Of a stretch of 64,000 nt of DNA, positions 17,565-27,553 are shown piece after piece. Position 1 is the stretch's first letter; each line of letters starts with the position of its first letter. A program made the translations under genes and the position numbers. Below the pieces are notes generated by a model, which saw nothing but the letters and a program-made list of their open reading frames with translations, was not told the origin of the DNA and made no database searches. This stretch comes from an uncultured archaeon (lineage in GTDB: Archaea > Altiarchaeota > Altiarchaeia > JAFGQM01), in the NCBI GenBank assembly GCA_964592405.1, contig CAZQBY010000003.1, positions 20,329 through 84,328 of the forward strand, written 5' to 3'.

Positions 17565-18287
17565 CTATCTTTTTCGTTGGCCAAATTTGTCCACGCTACC
17601 AAGTATCCTCCTTGTCAGGCGGTCGCCCTTCTCTAGGAACTCCCCGGCCATGCTCCTGAGTATCCTGTTCTCCCTAACCCAGCCATAGACGAGGAAGAAT
17701 GCTGAGGCTCCTGTCACGACCATGAATACTATTGTTGGGGTAAGAAAGGGCACGAGTCCAAGAGCCATATACCACCAGAAGACTATTGCGACAGCGCCCC
17801 CAATGCTTATGGCTATTATGGCGCGCTTAAGGCGTATCCTGAGGAAATATGCCACAATTCCCGCAACATAAACCCCATAGGCAAAACTTACAAGACCCAA
17901 AGCCATGTAAAAACCCAGATCGCCGAAGCTGCGTCTGAAGCTGAGGGTTAGCTCGCCCGCTCTGCCCACTATCTCTCTCCGGCTTTTGTGGATATAGGTT
18001 GCAACCTTATCAAGAATCTTGTTCTCAAACCGCTTCTCGGTAGGAAGGAGATGTAGTATGGAGTAAAGGAACAGAACCGAAAGCAACTCAAAGAGCAGGA
18101 GCAGAGAGAGGTGCGCCAGGGGCCTGAAAAGAGGATTGCCCAGACCGTAAGATATTGCCATTCCCGGGCCGAAGACCACGGATATGAATAGGAACTGGGT
18201 CAGGAAAGTGGTTCTTAAGAGGCGAAGGAGGAGCAGAGCAGCTGTTATGAGAAGTATCAATGGAACAAGGAATCGCCTAGATTTCAT
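17565..18287 (-). CDS. hypothetical multi-pass membrane protein
   Basis: 5-6 hydrophobic helices. Confidence 0.65.
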   Translation of the reverse strand: MKSRRFLVPLILLITAALLLLRLLRTTFLTQFLFISVVFGPGMAISYGLGNPLFRPLAHLSLLLLFELLSVLFLYSILHLLPTEKRFENKILDKVATYIHKSRREIVGRAGELTLSFRRSFGDLGFYMALGLVSFAYGVYVAGIVAYFLRIRLKRAIIAISIGGAVAIVFWWYMALGLVPFLTPTIVFMVVTGASAFFLVYGWVRENRILRSMAGEFLEKGDRLTRRILGSVDKFGQRKR

Positions 18288-18387
18288 GAATTATGTTCGG
18301 TCTTTGGGGATAAAAAAGGCTTTATGGTCCAACCGGGGGGGCATTCCGGAGAGTAGACTTTTTATAGGATTATCTACAAACATAAGG

Positions 18388-18437
18388 AACTCCGCGTGGA
18401 ATGTGGGGGGTAACCCTGAACCGAAGAGGAGGTTGAA
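18388..18437 (+). promoter_or_regulatory. candidate structured 5' leader of rpl15e
   Basis: TATA-like TTTTATA at about 18359-18365; two hairpins, the second (AACC/GGTT, loop GAACCGAAG) covering the SD-like GAGGAGG. Confidence 0.4.
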
Positions 18438-19037
18438 ATGAACGAAAAAAAATTTCTTACTGTAATAGAGCCGAAGAGGAGGGCAGCTGTGCTAGCCCTC
18501 AAAGAGAAGGACCCGGACGAATACAAGCAGACCATAAAGGAGCTGCGGCAGGTTTGGGTCGGAAGGGGCCGCATCTGGAGGAAGGGCGAAGCAGTGGTGA
18601 AGGAGAAAAAACCACTCAAGGCATGGCGGGCTAGGGAATTAGGCTGGAAGGACAAACCCGGTCTCATCGCAGTTGTGGTTCGTGTTGGGAAGGGTAACCG
18701 CAAGAGAAGACAGACCTCTGGCGGAAGAAAACCCGCAAAGGCTTATGATTACGCGACCCTTGACAAGTCGAAGCAGACGCAGGCTGAGGAGCGCGCAAAC
18801 CGCAAGTTTCCCAACTGCGAGGTGCTTGGTTCCTACTGGCTCTGGGAGGATGGCCAATATAAGTATTTTGAGGTTATACTAGCTGATCCAAACAATCCCC
18901 ATGTAAAGAATGACAAAGAGCTGAACTGGATATGCTCGGGCAAACAAAAGGGGAGAGTATATCGCGGTCTTACGCCCTCTGGAAAGAAGAGCAGGGGGCT
19001 TAGGGGAAAAGGCAAAGGCGCTGAGAAGGTGAGATAA
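18438..19037 (+). CDS. rpl15e: 50S ribosomal protein eL15
   Basis: RARELGWKDKPG, AEERANRKFPNCEVLGSYW, YKYFEVIL.DP, GRVYRGLT..GKKSRGL. Confidence 0.95.
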   Translation: MNEKKFLTVIEPKRRAAVLALKEKDPDEYKQTIKELRQVWVGRGRIWRKGEAVVKEKKPLKAWRARELGWKDKPGLIAVVVRVGKGNRKRRQTSGGRKPAKAYDYATLDKSKQTQAEERANRKFPNCEVLGSYWLWEDGQYKYFEVILADPNNPHVKNDKELNWICSGKQKGRVYRGLTPSGKKSRGLRGKGKGAEKVR

Positions 19038-19038
19038 A

Positions 19039-20178
19039 ATGTTATTTGCAAAAAGGATAGTGGATGTGCCGCCATCTGCAACGTTCAAGTATGCTGCAAT
19101 GGCCAAGAGGGAAGGTATTATAAACCTGACTATAGGCAGACCGGGCTTTGATACCCCGAGGATTATTGTCGAAGCGGCCAAGAAGGCGCTTGATGAGGGC
19201 AAGCACCACTATGGTCCCAGCAAGGGCATTCCGGAGCTGAGGGAGAAGATTGCAGAGAAGCTCGTCAGGGAGAATGGCCTTAAAGACATTGATAGTGAAA
19301 AGATTATTGTCAGCATGGGGGCCAAGAATATCCTCTATGAGATATTCACGGTTATGATAAATGATGGTGAAAAGGTCGCTATACCAAATCCCTCGTGGGT
19401 CAGCTATGAGAGCATGGTAACGCTGGCAGGAGGCAAGACTGTATGGATACCGCTAAAGCCGGAAAATGGTTTCATCCCGGACGAGGACTTTCTCACGGAG
19501 CTGGACAACTCTGGAGCCAAGATGGTTGTCATAAACAGCCCCAACAACCCTACTGGTGCAGTCTATCCAAAAGAGACTCTCAGGGAGATAATCAAGATAG
19601 CAAAGGCTAATGATATGTGGATTATCTCGGATGAGTGCTATGAGACAATAATCTATGATGAAAAGCACTTCAGCATAGGTTCTGAGTATGACAAAACCAT
19701 AACTGTCAATGCCTTCTCAAAGCCGTTTTCCATGACCGGATGGCGGCTAGGTTATGCAGCATGCCCGGAATTTGAGGTTATTGAGAAGATGAATATCCTG
19801 CAACAGCAGTCCGTCTCAAATCCAGTCACATTTGCCCAATACGGCGCGCTGGCCTGTTTCACAGACGAGGCACGGGAGGCCGCGAGCAGGATGAGAGATG
19901 AGTTCAGAAAGAGGCGCGATTATTCGATGAAGAGGATAAAGGACTTCAACTGCACATGTCTGAAACCGGGCGGAGCATTCTATATCTTCCCATATTTTGA
20001 AGGACAGGATGATGTAGAACTAGCAGATAGTCTCCTAGAAGCTGGTGTAGGGACTGTTCCCGGTTCGCCGTTTGGCACACAGGGGAGAGGCTGTATCCGC
20101 ATCAGTTACGGCAATGCTGATGTAAGAATCCTGAAAGAGGCCTTTGACCGAATGGCGACCGTAAAGGGGCTGGTATGA
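19039..20178 (+). CDS. PLP-dependent class I/II aminotransferase (aspartate aminotransferase-like)
   Basis: NSPNNPTG, SDECY, NAFSKPFSMTGWRLGY. Confidence 0.92.
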   Translation: MLFAKRIVDVPPSATFKYAAMAKREGIINLTIGRPGFDTPRIIVEAAKKALDEGKHHYGPSKGIPELREKIAEKLVRENGLKDIDSEKIIVSMGAKNILYEIFTVMINDGEKVAIPNPSWVSYESMVTLAGGKTVWIPLKPENGFIPDEDFLTELDNSGAKMVVINSPNNPTGAVYPKETLREIIKIAKANDMWIISDECYETIIYDEKHFSIGSEYDKTITVNAFSKPFSMTGWRLGYAACPEFEVIEKMNILQQQSVSNPVTFAQYGALACFTDEAREAASRMRDEFRKRRDYSMKRIKDFNCTCLKPGGAFYIFPYFEGQDDVELADSLLEAGVGTVPGSPFGTQGRGCIRISYGNADVRILKEAFDRMATVKGLV

Positions 20179-20218
20179 GGCCTTCCCACCTTTTTATTCT
20201 TGAACCAGTTAAAGAGAT

Positions 20219-20449
20219 ATGGAGAAGCGGGGTACAGGATATGCCCATGAGATGCTCGTAGCGTTCTTCTTCCTAATATTGGTTGTAACATTCTACGCCA
20301 GCGACTACCAGCTAGCCATGCCTGCCATACTGCTCATGGCGGGTGGAGTTATGATACTTGGGGGGAGTGTTATAAAAGAGCCACTTATCATAACGGCTGG
20401 TGTTGTGTGTCTGGCCATAGCGCTTATGTATTCAGAAGTATTTAAATAA
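20219..20449 (+). CDS. small membrane protein
   Basis: Three TM helices. Confidence 0.6.
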   Translation: MEKRGTGYAHEMLVAFFFLILVVTFYASDYQLAMPAILLMAGGVMILGGSVIKEPLIITAGVVCLAIALMYSEVFK

Positions 20450-20473
20450 TTTAAATAGTTTCCGCCCTTAAGA

Positions 20474-21319
20474 TTGGTGATGGATCCGCTCACAATAGCC
20501 CTTGTAACCGTATCCATGTTTGTTCTATTCCTGATGCTAACCTCCGGCCACAGAAGACACCGTCTTGAGGAGGCTCTCAAAAAACTGGAAAAGGAGCGGA
20601 TGCGCCTGATGAAATCCATAGAGCATGTAAAGCTCTCCTTTTACCACAAGAAACTGGATGAGAAGGAGGCACAGGACAGGATATTTGAGTACGAGGAAAA
20701 GTTACGTAACGTGCAGGACAGGATACTTGAGATAAAGGAAAAGCCGCTAATGCGCACGATAAAGAAACATGAGGAGGAAGACAAAAAGGCAGTCAAGGAA
20801 GAAGCTGGGGAGATAAGAGAATCGGAAAGGCTGATGATGGCAAACTTTGCAGCGAGATCCGTTGTCATTCTGTTCGTGATGGCGGCAGTGGCGATAATGG
20901 TTGTTTCTGTCATCTTTGGTATACGGTGGGGTGAAACACCATCCGGCTCCAACCCTTTCTTACAGATACCGGTGAGTGCGCGTATATCACCCGAGGGGAG
21001 TACATACCCCGGCAGCTCTGCAGGTCTGAGGGTTGAGATGAGTAACACACTGGACAAAAATCTTGAGGATGTGAGGGTAACTGTAAGAGCGCCCAAAGGC
21101 AGTGGCATAGACTTCGGAGAAGGGGAAATCGGGGTGAAGATAATCCCGGAGCTGGAGAGAGGGGGAGTTAGAGAAGTCTACTTCCCAATAAGGATAAACC
21201 AGGATGCAGAGGAGGGGGAGTATATCATAGGGGTAGAAGCAGAGAATGATTATGATAATCTCAAGGCATCGACCACGGCGAGGCTTGTAGTCAGAGTGGG
21301 GGCAGAAGAGAATGCTTGA
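20474..21319 (+). CDS. membrane protein with cytoplasmic coiled segment and C-terminal Ig-like (CARDB/COG1361-like) domain
   Basis: TM-coil-TM, then VEMSNT...V.V.V.AP, EVYFPIRI..DAEEGEYII. Confidence 0.65.
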   Translation: MVMDPLTIALVTVSMFVLFLMLTSGHRRHRLEEALKKLEKERMRLMKSIEHVKLSFYHKKLDEKEAQDRIFEYEEKLRNVQDRILEIKEKPLMRTIKKHEEEDKKAVKEEAGEIRESERLMMANFAARSVVILFVMAAVAIMVVSVIFGIRWGETPSGSNPFLQIPVSARISPEGSTYPGSSAGLRVEMSNTLDKNLEDVRVTVRAPKGSGIDFGEGEIGVKIIPELERGGVREVYFPIRINQDAEEGEYIIGVEAENDYDNLKASTTARLVVRVGAEENA

Positions 21320-21749
21320 TACAATAAGACGGATAAAATGGAGGAACATCGCAGGTCTGACAGCTCTTATACTGGTAGTGTTCTTCCTAGTTTATCTTGT
21401 ATCCTTCATAACCACGCTGTTGTATGGCGACTGTGTGGAAAAGGAGAACATCAAGGTATGTTTTTCTGTCGGGAAACAGAGTCTGGAGAGATATGGTGCA
21501 ACGGTCATAACAGCAGAGATAACCAATACGGGCAGGACTGTTTCAGGAGCAGTTGTCAATATGCGGCTCTCACCAAATCTGGACAACCTGTCTAGCACCA
21601 CTCAGGAGGTCGAGACCATGGCCCCGGGCGATACTGTCAAGCGCGAGTTCAGGATAGCCGCCAAGGGTGAAAGAGGGAGATTCAGGGTGGAATTTGACAC
21701 AAATTCAGACAACAAGCCGGACAAAGAGATGTTCATCACAGTTGACTAG
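21312..21749 (+). CDS. membrane-anchored Ig-like (CARDB-like) protein
   Basis: N-terminal TM; ITAEITNTG, MAPGDTV..EF. Confidence 0.6.
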   Translation: MLDTIRRIKWRNIAGLTALILVVFFLVYLVSFITTLLYGDCVEKENIKVCFSVGKQSLERYGATVITAEITNTGRTVSGAVVNMRLSPNLDNLSSTTQEVETMAPGDTVKREFRIAAKGERGRFRVEFDTNSDNKPDKEMFITVD

Positions 21750-21788
21750 GCTTGCTGATCGGTTTTATAGGTTCTCCTTCTAATTACA

Positions 21789-22922
21789 ATGGGGCAGAAA
21801 ATGATAGACAGGAGCGAAATCCAGGAGATTGCTGCCGGATATGAAACCGTCACAATTGGTGCGCTCGGATCACATTCTGCCTTGGACATCTCAAGGGGCG
21901 CCAAGGACGAGGGGTTTAAGACCATTGTTGTCTGCCAGAAGGGCCGCGAGAAGACCTACGACAGGTATTTCAGAAGCCGGGGCAGCATAGGGGTTGTAGA
22001 CGAGACCATAATCCTGGACAAATTCAGCCAGATAGCCAACCCTGAGATTGTGAAAAAACTAGTTGAAAAGAATACAATATTTTTACCACACAGGTCTTTT
22101 GAGGTGTATGTTGGTTATGACAAGATTGAGAATGAGTTTCGGGTTCCCCTTTTTGGTTCACGCAGCATGCTACGGGCAGAGGAGAGGACAGCACCTCGCA
22201 ACCAGTACTGGTTGATGGAACGGGCCGGGATACCCCACCCCAGAATCTACAGGAATGTGGAGGACATTGACCGGCTTGTCTTGGTCAAGGTGGCAGAGAA
22301 GCAGAGGAGCTATGAAAGGGCATTCTTTCTGTGCACCTCTCCGGAAGAGTTTAACAAAAAGGCAGACGACCTTATCAGGGCAGGGAGGATAACCGAAGAT
22401 GCACTGAAGGATGCTGTCATTGAGGAATTTGTAATGGGTGCACAGGTAAACTTCAACTATTTCTACTCTCCGCTGGAGGACCGGCTGGAGCTTTTGGGCA
22501 CTGACACGCGGAGGCAGACCAACCTGGACGGCATACTGAGGCTGCCGGCGCCACAGCAGCTGGAGGCACTTAGATATGTGGAGATGCAGTCGATTGAAGC
22601 AGGCCATATCGCCACCACGATAAAGGAGTCGCTGCTGGAGCAGGTGTTCGAGCTGGGCGAACGATTTGTCGAAGTGAGTAAAAGGGAATATCCACCCGGC
22701 ATAATCGGGCCGTTTGCACTGCAGGCCACTTTTATCCCCGGACCACCGAAGGAGAAGGCTGTCGTCTTTGACATCAGTCTGAGGGTCCAGGGCTCGCCGG
22801 GGACCAAGTTCACGCCATATTCGGGCTATCTTTTTGGCGAGGAGATTTCAGTCGGGCGAAGGATTGCTATTGAGATAAAGAACGCGATTAAGCAGAATAA
22901 ATTAGAGGAGGTTATAACTTAG
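21789..22922 (+). CDS. purP: FAICAR synthetase family protein (PurP-like, ATP-grasp)
   Basis: LGSHSALD, FNYFYSP, PPGIIGPFALQ, GRRIA.EI. Confidence 0.9.
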   Translation: MGQKMIDRSEIQEIAAGYETVTIGALGSHSALDISRGAKDEGFKTIVVCQKGREKTYDRYFRSRGSIGVVDETIILDKFSQIANPEIVKKLVEKNTIFLPHRSFEVYVGYDKIENEFRVPLFGSRSMLRAEERTAPRNQYWLMERAGIPHPRIYRNVEDIDRLVLVKVAEKQRSYERAFFLCTSPEEFNKKADDLIRAGRITEDALKDAVIEEFVMGAQVNFNYFYSPLEDRLELLGTDTRRQTNLDGILRLPAPQQLEALRYVEMQSIEAGHIATTIKESLLEQVFELGERFVEVSKREYPPGIIGPFALQATFIPGPPKEKAVVFDISLRVQGSPGTKFTPYSGYLFGEEISVGRRIAIEIKNAIKQNKLEEVIT

Positions 22923-22923
22923 A

Positions 22924-23139
22924 ATGATGAGAAAACCTGGAAAGGGAAGGAGACGTCCAAATAGGCGGCCTACGACAGCTGGGGAGTTGCATCGGCAACA
23001 CAATATCAAAAGATCTGCAGTGAAAGCAGGACTGAAAGCAAAACTGGGAAGAGAACCCACGGAGGCAGAAGTGAATGCTGAGCTTGCAAGGGTTATTAGC
23101 ATGGAGAGGCAGAGAAGGGTCCAGCATCTGGATGACTGA
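22924..23139 (+). CDS. small basic hypothetical protein
   Basis: Fills the gap between the purP paralogues exactly; Arg/Lys-rich; contains LGREPTEAEV. Confidence 0.55.
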   Translation: MMRKPGKGRRRPNRRPTTAGELHRQHNIKRSAVKAGLKAKLGREPTEAEVNAELARVISMERQRRVQHLDD

Positions 23140-23144
23140 AAAGC

Positions 23145-24176
23145 ATGACAAAACCAATCATAACCACTGTATGTTCCCACTCGTCGCTGCAGATATTCCA
23201 CGGCGCGCGCAGGGAGGGGGTGAAGACCCTCGGGATATGCCTAAAGGAGCCGCCCAAGTTCTACGACGCCTTCCCGCTGGCCAAGCCGGACGAGTTCTTC
23301 GTCATTCAGGACTACCAGGACCTTCTCAAGCCCGAGGTGGCCAAAAAGCTGAAGGCCAAGGGTGCTGTCATCGTGCCACATGGCTCGTTTGTGGAATATA
23401 TGGGCGCGCAAAACTTCAAGAAGCTGGACATCCCAGTCTACGGCAACAAGGCCGTGCTGGATTGGGAATCAGACCGCAGGAAGGAGCGACAGTGGCTGGA
23501 GGGGGCAGGCATCCGCATGCCAAGGGAGATAAAAAGGCCCGAGGACATCAATGGCCCGGTCATAGTCAAATACCACGGCGCCAAGGGCGGGAGAGGATTC
23601 TTTATAGCAAAGAACAGAAGGGAGTTCGATGAGAATGTGGATAAAAGCCAGAAATACACCATCCAGGAGTTCATACCCGGGGCGCGCTTCTACTTCCACT
23701 ATTTCTACTCGCCCCTAAAGGAGGACGGCTACAGGCTGAGCAAAGGCACGCTCGAGCTGCTGTCCATGGACAAGCGGGTGGAGAGCGACATAGACGAGAT
23801 ATTCAAGCTGGGCTCGATGAGCGAGCTCATGGGCGCCGGCATCACACCTGGATTCACAGTTGCCGGCAACATCCAGCTGGTCCTGAGGGAGTCGGTCCTG
23901 CCGCGGGTTCTGGAGATGGGTGCGCGCACCGTGGAGGAGAGCATCAGGCTCTTCGGCGGCCTGTGGGGCCCGTTCTGCCTTGAGTGCATAATCGACAAGG
24001 AGCTGAACATCTATGTTTTCGAAATCAGCGCGCGCATAGTGGCCGGGACCAATATAGCAGTCCCCACTTCCCCATACTCGGCTTTCATACAGCCGGAGCT
24101 GACCACGGGCAGGCGCATTGCCCAAGAGCTCAAGCTGGCTGCTGAAAAGGGGAAACTGGATGAGGTGCTGAGTTAA
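23145..24176 (+). CDS. purP: FAICAR synthetase PurP (second paralogue)
   Basis: CSHSSLQI, PHGSFVEY, GAKGGRGFF, GPFCLE, FEISARIVAGTN, TGRRIA. Confidence 0.92.
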   Translation: MTKPIITTVCSHSSLQIFHGARREGVKTLGICLKEPPKFYDAFPLAKPDEFFVIQDYQDLLKPEVAKKLKAKGAVIVPHGSFVEYMGAQNFKKLDIPVYGNKAVLDWESDRRKERQWLEGAGIRMPREIKRPEDINGPVIVKYHGAKGGRGFFIAKNRREFDENVDKSQKYTIQEFIPGARFYFHYFYSPLKEDGYRLSKGTLELLSMDKRVESDIDEIFKLGSMSELMGAGITPGFTVAGNIQLVLRESVLPRVLEMGARTVEESIRLFGGLWGPFCLECIIDKELNIYVFEISARIVAGTNIAVPTSPYSAFIQPELTTGRRIAQELKLAAEKGKLDEVLS

Positions 24177-24247
24177 GGTTTTTAAGACCAATCCACCTAA
24201 CTACAAGGGCCATTTCCCGGTCTGGATTGGCCAGATAGCAATCTGTT

Positions 24248-25639
24248 ATGATGTCCAAGGACTATGATGTCGTTATAATAGGTGCCGGGCAGGCCGGCAT
24301 GTTCGCTGCATACGAGCTAGCAAAGGCCAAAAAGAAGCTTAGAATCCTTCTCATAGATAAGGGCAAGGACATAGCCGGCAGGACCAAGAAGAGGGGCGAC
24401 AAGGCCCATGGATATGCAAACGGTTCTGACATCATGTGTGGCATGGGTGGAGCAGGCACGTGGTCTGATGGGACGCTCAATCTGAGACCCGACATAGGGG
24501 GGGATCTGGATCTTTTTACGCATGACAACAGCAAATCATGGGAGCTGATAAGGTATGTGGATAGTATATTTCTGAAGCATGGTGCCCCTAAAAAGCTCTA
24601 CAAGGCCAGAGACAAAGACACAGAGAATCTCAAGAGAAAGGCAGCATCCGTGGGTGTGGAGTTCATAGAGATAGAACAGCGTCATATAGGAAGTGACAAG
24701 GCACCTGCAGTCATAAAGAGCTTTGAGGATGAGCTCCGAAGATTGGGGGTGGAGCTACTCATGGAGACGGAAGTCAAGGATATACTAGTTAAGGGCGGAG
24801 TATGCAGTGGGGTTGTACTGAAGAATGGAAAGAAGATAGAATCCAGGAGCGTTATAGCCGCTCCGGGAAGGATAGGGGGCGAGTGGATAGACGGAGTCTT
24901 TACAAAACACGGGGTGGAATATTCATATGGGCCACTGGATGTTGGTGTAAGGGTTGAAGTCCCCTCTATAGTGATGGACCCTATAATCAAGATAAACCGC
25001 GACCCGAAATTCCACATACATACGAAGAAGTACGATGATTTCATGCGCACCTTCTGCACCAACCATCAGGGCTTTGTTGTCAAGGAAACATATGAAGGGC
25101 ATATAGGTGTCAATGGGCATGCAATGCAGGGCCGGAAGTCAAAAAACACGAACTTCGCCTTCCTACAGCGCATACAGCTGACCGAACCACTGGAGAACAC
25201 AACAAAATACGGCAAGTCCATCGGCAAGCTGGCAACAACAATCGGTGGCGGAAAACCCATTGTCCAGAGAATGGGTGATTTGTTCAATGGGAGGAGGTCA
25301 ACATGGGACAGGATAAACCGCAACCGCATCGAGCCCACCCTGAAGGACGTAACGCCGGGCGACATCTCCATGGCAATGCCCCACAGGATAGTCATGAACA
25401 TAATAGAGGGGCTGGAGAAGCTGAACGAAGTCATACCCGGTGTGGTGTCCGACTCGACCCTCCTCTACGCGCCGGAGATAAAGTTCTACTCCACCATGAC
25501 CAAGGTGGACGAAGATATGCAGACCTCGGTCAAGAACCTGTTCGCCGCGGGTGACGGCTGCGGGCTCTCGAGGGACATAACCAATGCGGCCGCTACGGGG
25601 GTCCTGGCCGCGCGCGGCATACTGAGGAACTTGGACTAA
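24248..25639 (+). CDS. FAD-dependent oxidoreductase (COG2509-like)
   Basis: IIGAGQAG, GMGGAGTWSDG, GVRVE, RTFCTN, LFAAGDG. Confidence 0.88.
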   Translation: MMSKDYDVVIIGAGQAGMFAAYELAKAKKKLRILLIDKGKDIAGRTKKRGDKAHGYANGSDIMCGMGGAGTWSDGTLNLRPDIGGDLDLFTHDNSKSWELIRYVDSIFLKHGAPKKLYKARDKDTENLKRKAASVGVEFIEIEQRHIGSDKAPAVIKSFEDELRRLGVELLMETEVKDILVKGGVCSGVVLKNGKKIESRSVIAAPGRIGGEWIDGVFTKHGVEYSYGPLDVGVRVEVPSIVMDPIIKINRDPKFHIHTKKYDDFMRTFCTNHQGFVVKETYEGHIGVNGHAMQGRKSKNTNFAFLQRIQLTEPLENTTKYGKSIGKLATTIGGGKPIVQRMGDLFNGRRSTWDRINRNRIEPTLKDVTPGDISMAMPHRIVMNIIEGLEKLNEVIPGVVSDSTLLYAPEIKFYSTMTKVDEDMQTSVKNLFAAGDGCGLSRDITNAAATGVLAARGILRNLD

Positions 25640-25689
25640 GCTTTTTATAGTTCGCCCTTTATACTTATGAGGGGGTCTAACTTCTGAAA

Positions 25690-26079
25690 ATGGCCAGGAC
25701 TATTGATGCTGAGGTCGCTGTGATAATTCTTGTGGGTTTTCTGCTGACGGTCTCTGGTATATACCTCAACTTCCAGAACTTGGAGCAGGTGCAGAGAAAG
25801 AATTTTGAGAATCCCGATGAGATATATCGAAATGAGATAATCTATGGAGTAGTTCAGATAATAGGGATGGCAATAATCTTTGTGGGAACCACCCGCGGGC
25901 TAATGCGGAGAACCGACATCATGGCAAACAAATTCGTGAACATCATGGACGTGTTCACGACTCTAGTGAAGAAGCAGATGGAGGTCATCGACAGTACTGA
26001 GGCCAGGAGCAATCTCAGGGAGATAGAGGAGAAAAGCCAGAGGTTCAAGGACGAAATGAAGACCCTGAAGAGGATTTAG
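25690..26079 (+). CDS. hypothetical membrane protein
   Basis: Two TM helices plus C-terminal coiled region. Confidence 0.6.
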   Translation: MARTIDAEVAVIILVGFLLTVSGIYLNFQNLEQVQRKNFENPDEIYRNEIIYGVVQIIGMAIIFVGTTRGLMRRTDIMANKFVNIMDVFTTLVKKQMEVIDSTEARSNLREIEEKSQRFKDEMKTLKRI

Positions 26080-26134
26080 CAGCATGTCTAGGGCGGCACG
26101 TCGCCTTTTTACGCTTTCCCTTCTAGTTTAACCC

Positions 26135-27553
26135 ATGATTTCGACAAAGGTCGAAGACAATGAGCAGATAAAGGAGCAGGATCTCGAGAAGCTCAAGCTC
26201 AGCAATACTGTCTATCAAGAGAGCGGCACCAACCCTGTGACCATCTCCGTAGTGTTGCCTACCTTCAACAACGGAAATCCGGAATATATAGAGACTATGC
26301 TTATGATAATGCGCAAGATAGGAAAGCTTATAGACCGTGGGGCAGTGGATGAGTTGGTTATCGTCGATGGCTCGCATGACAAGAAGGGACTACCCGACTC
26401 CGAATTCATCAAGTTCATGCTCGCACTGTGCGTAAAGCACTGCAAGACATTCTCAAAGGAGGTGGAGTTTGTCAGGAACCTGCCAGATGGTAAGCAGAAA
26501 AGCATGGAGGGGCGCTTTGACTTCTCAGTGCGCTTTTTAAGCCAGCTGGATCCCCTGCTTCACAGGATATTTCTAGACCACAAGCTTCTGACACCAAAGG
26601 AGATAGAGTTTCTGAAGAGGGGAAAGGGTGCCGGGCTCTGGTATGCCGTCCCAGTCACTTATGGAAATATCCTCTGTTTTATTGACTCTGATATCAAGTC
26701 TTTCAGAAAGTTTTATGTGAGCGCGCTCTGCAAACCCATACTTGATTCATGGAAATCTGACTGCAAGACCCGGACTTGCAATCCGCAGGTGCTCTTCACT
26801 AAGGCTGCCTACACACGGAAGAATGAAACGGCGGATGGTTTCAAGTTTGGCGGCAGGCTGGAGAGGGTCGGAATGAGGCCCCTGTTCCGGGTGCTAAAGA
26901 AGATGGGATATTTCAATGGTCTTGAAAAGCTGAAATACCACCTCAGTGGAGAGTGTGCCTTTGCCATAGATGCCCTTAAGAGCATACGCTTCTCTAACGG
27001 CTATGATATAGAGACGTCCATTCTCTGTCAACTCTGGAAGCAGTTTGGGATAAACAGGATAGCAGAGGTCGATCTTGGGATATATCAGCATATTCCCGGC
27101 AGTGATGAGCATATAAAGGACATGATGAGAGAGGTGGCCTCGGCCATCAGATACTGGACTGATGAATATGGTATGAGGATAGATGTTAGCAGACTTGCCA
27201 ATGAATACGCCAAAGAAGCTTATAACATGCTGCAGGAGTACTGGAACAAGGCCCTGAGTATGGAGGGGTTCACATACAACAGCAGGGACCGACAGGCTGA
27301 TGCCAAGCGCATTGATGAATTTAGGAAGATATTAATGAGCGTTTGGGAGAATGGCGGGAAGCCAAAACTCCTGCATTCTTGGAAGGAGATGGAAGAGCGG
27401 GCCAATTCGGAGAAGGGTTATTCATACCAGAACCTCAAGCTCTCCCTTCGCAAGCGCATCAACAAGTTCACATCCAACATAATTCTATCCTCTATTTACA
27501 TAGACAGATCAGATGACATCATCCAAAAATATTCTGGTGTTTACAGATCTTGA
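26135..27553 (+). CDS. glucosyl/mannosyl-3-phosphoglycerate synthase-like glycosyltransferase
   Basis: SVVLP, IVDGS, GKGAGLW, FIDSD, GGRL, LSGE, GYDIE motifs of GpgS/MpgS-type GT-A; overlaps the phosphatase gene. Confidence 0.75.
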   Translation: MISTKVEDNEQIKEQDLEKLKLSNTVYQESGTNPVTISVVLPTFNNGNPEYIETMLMIMRKIGKLIDRGAVDELVIVDGSHDKKGLPDSEFIKFMLALCVKHCKTFSKEVEFVRNLPDGKQKSMEGRFDFSVRFLSQLDPLLHRIFLDHKLLTPKEIEFLKRGKGAGLWYAVPVTYGNILCFIDSDIKSFRKFYVSALCKPILDSWKSDCKTRTCNPQVLFTKAAYTRKNETADGFKFGGRLERVGMRPLFRVLKKMGYFNGLEKLKYHLSGECAFAIDALKSIRFSNGYDIETSILCQLWKQFGINRIAEVDLGIYQHIPGSDEHIKDMMREVASAIRYWTDEYGMRIDVSRLANEYAKEAYNMLQEYWNKALSMEGFTYNSRDRQADAKRIDEFRKILMSVWENGGKPKLLHSWKEMEERANSEKGYSYQNLKLSLRKRINKFTSNIILSSIYIDRSDDIIQKYSGVYRS

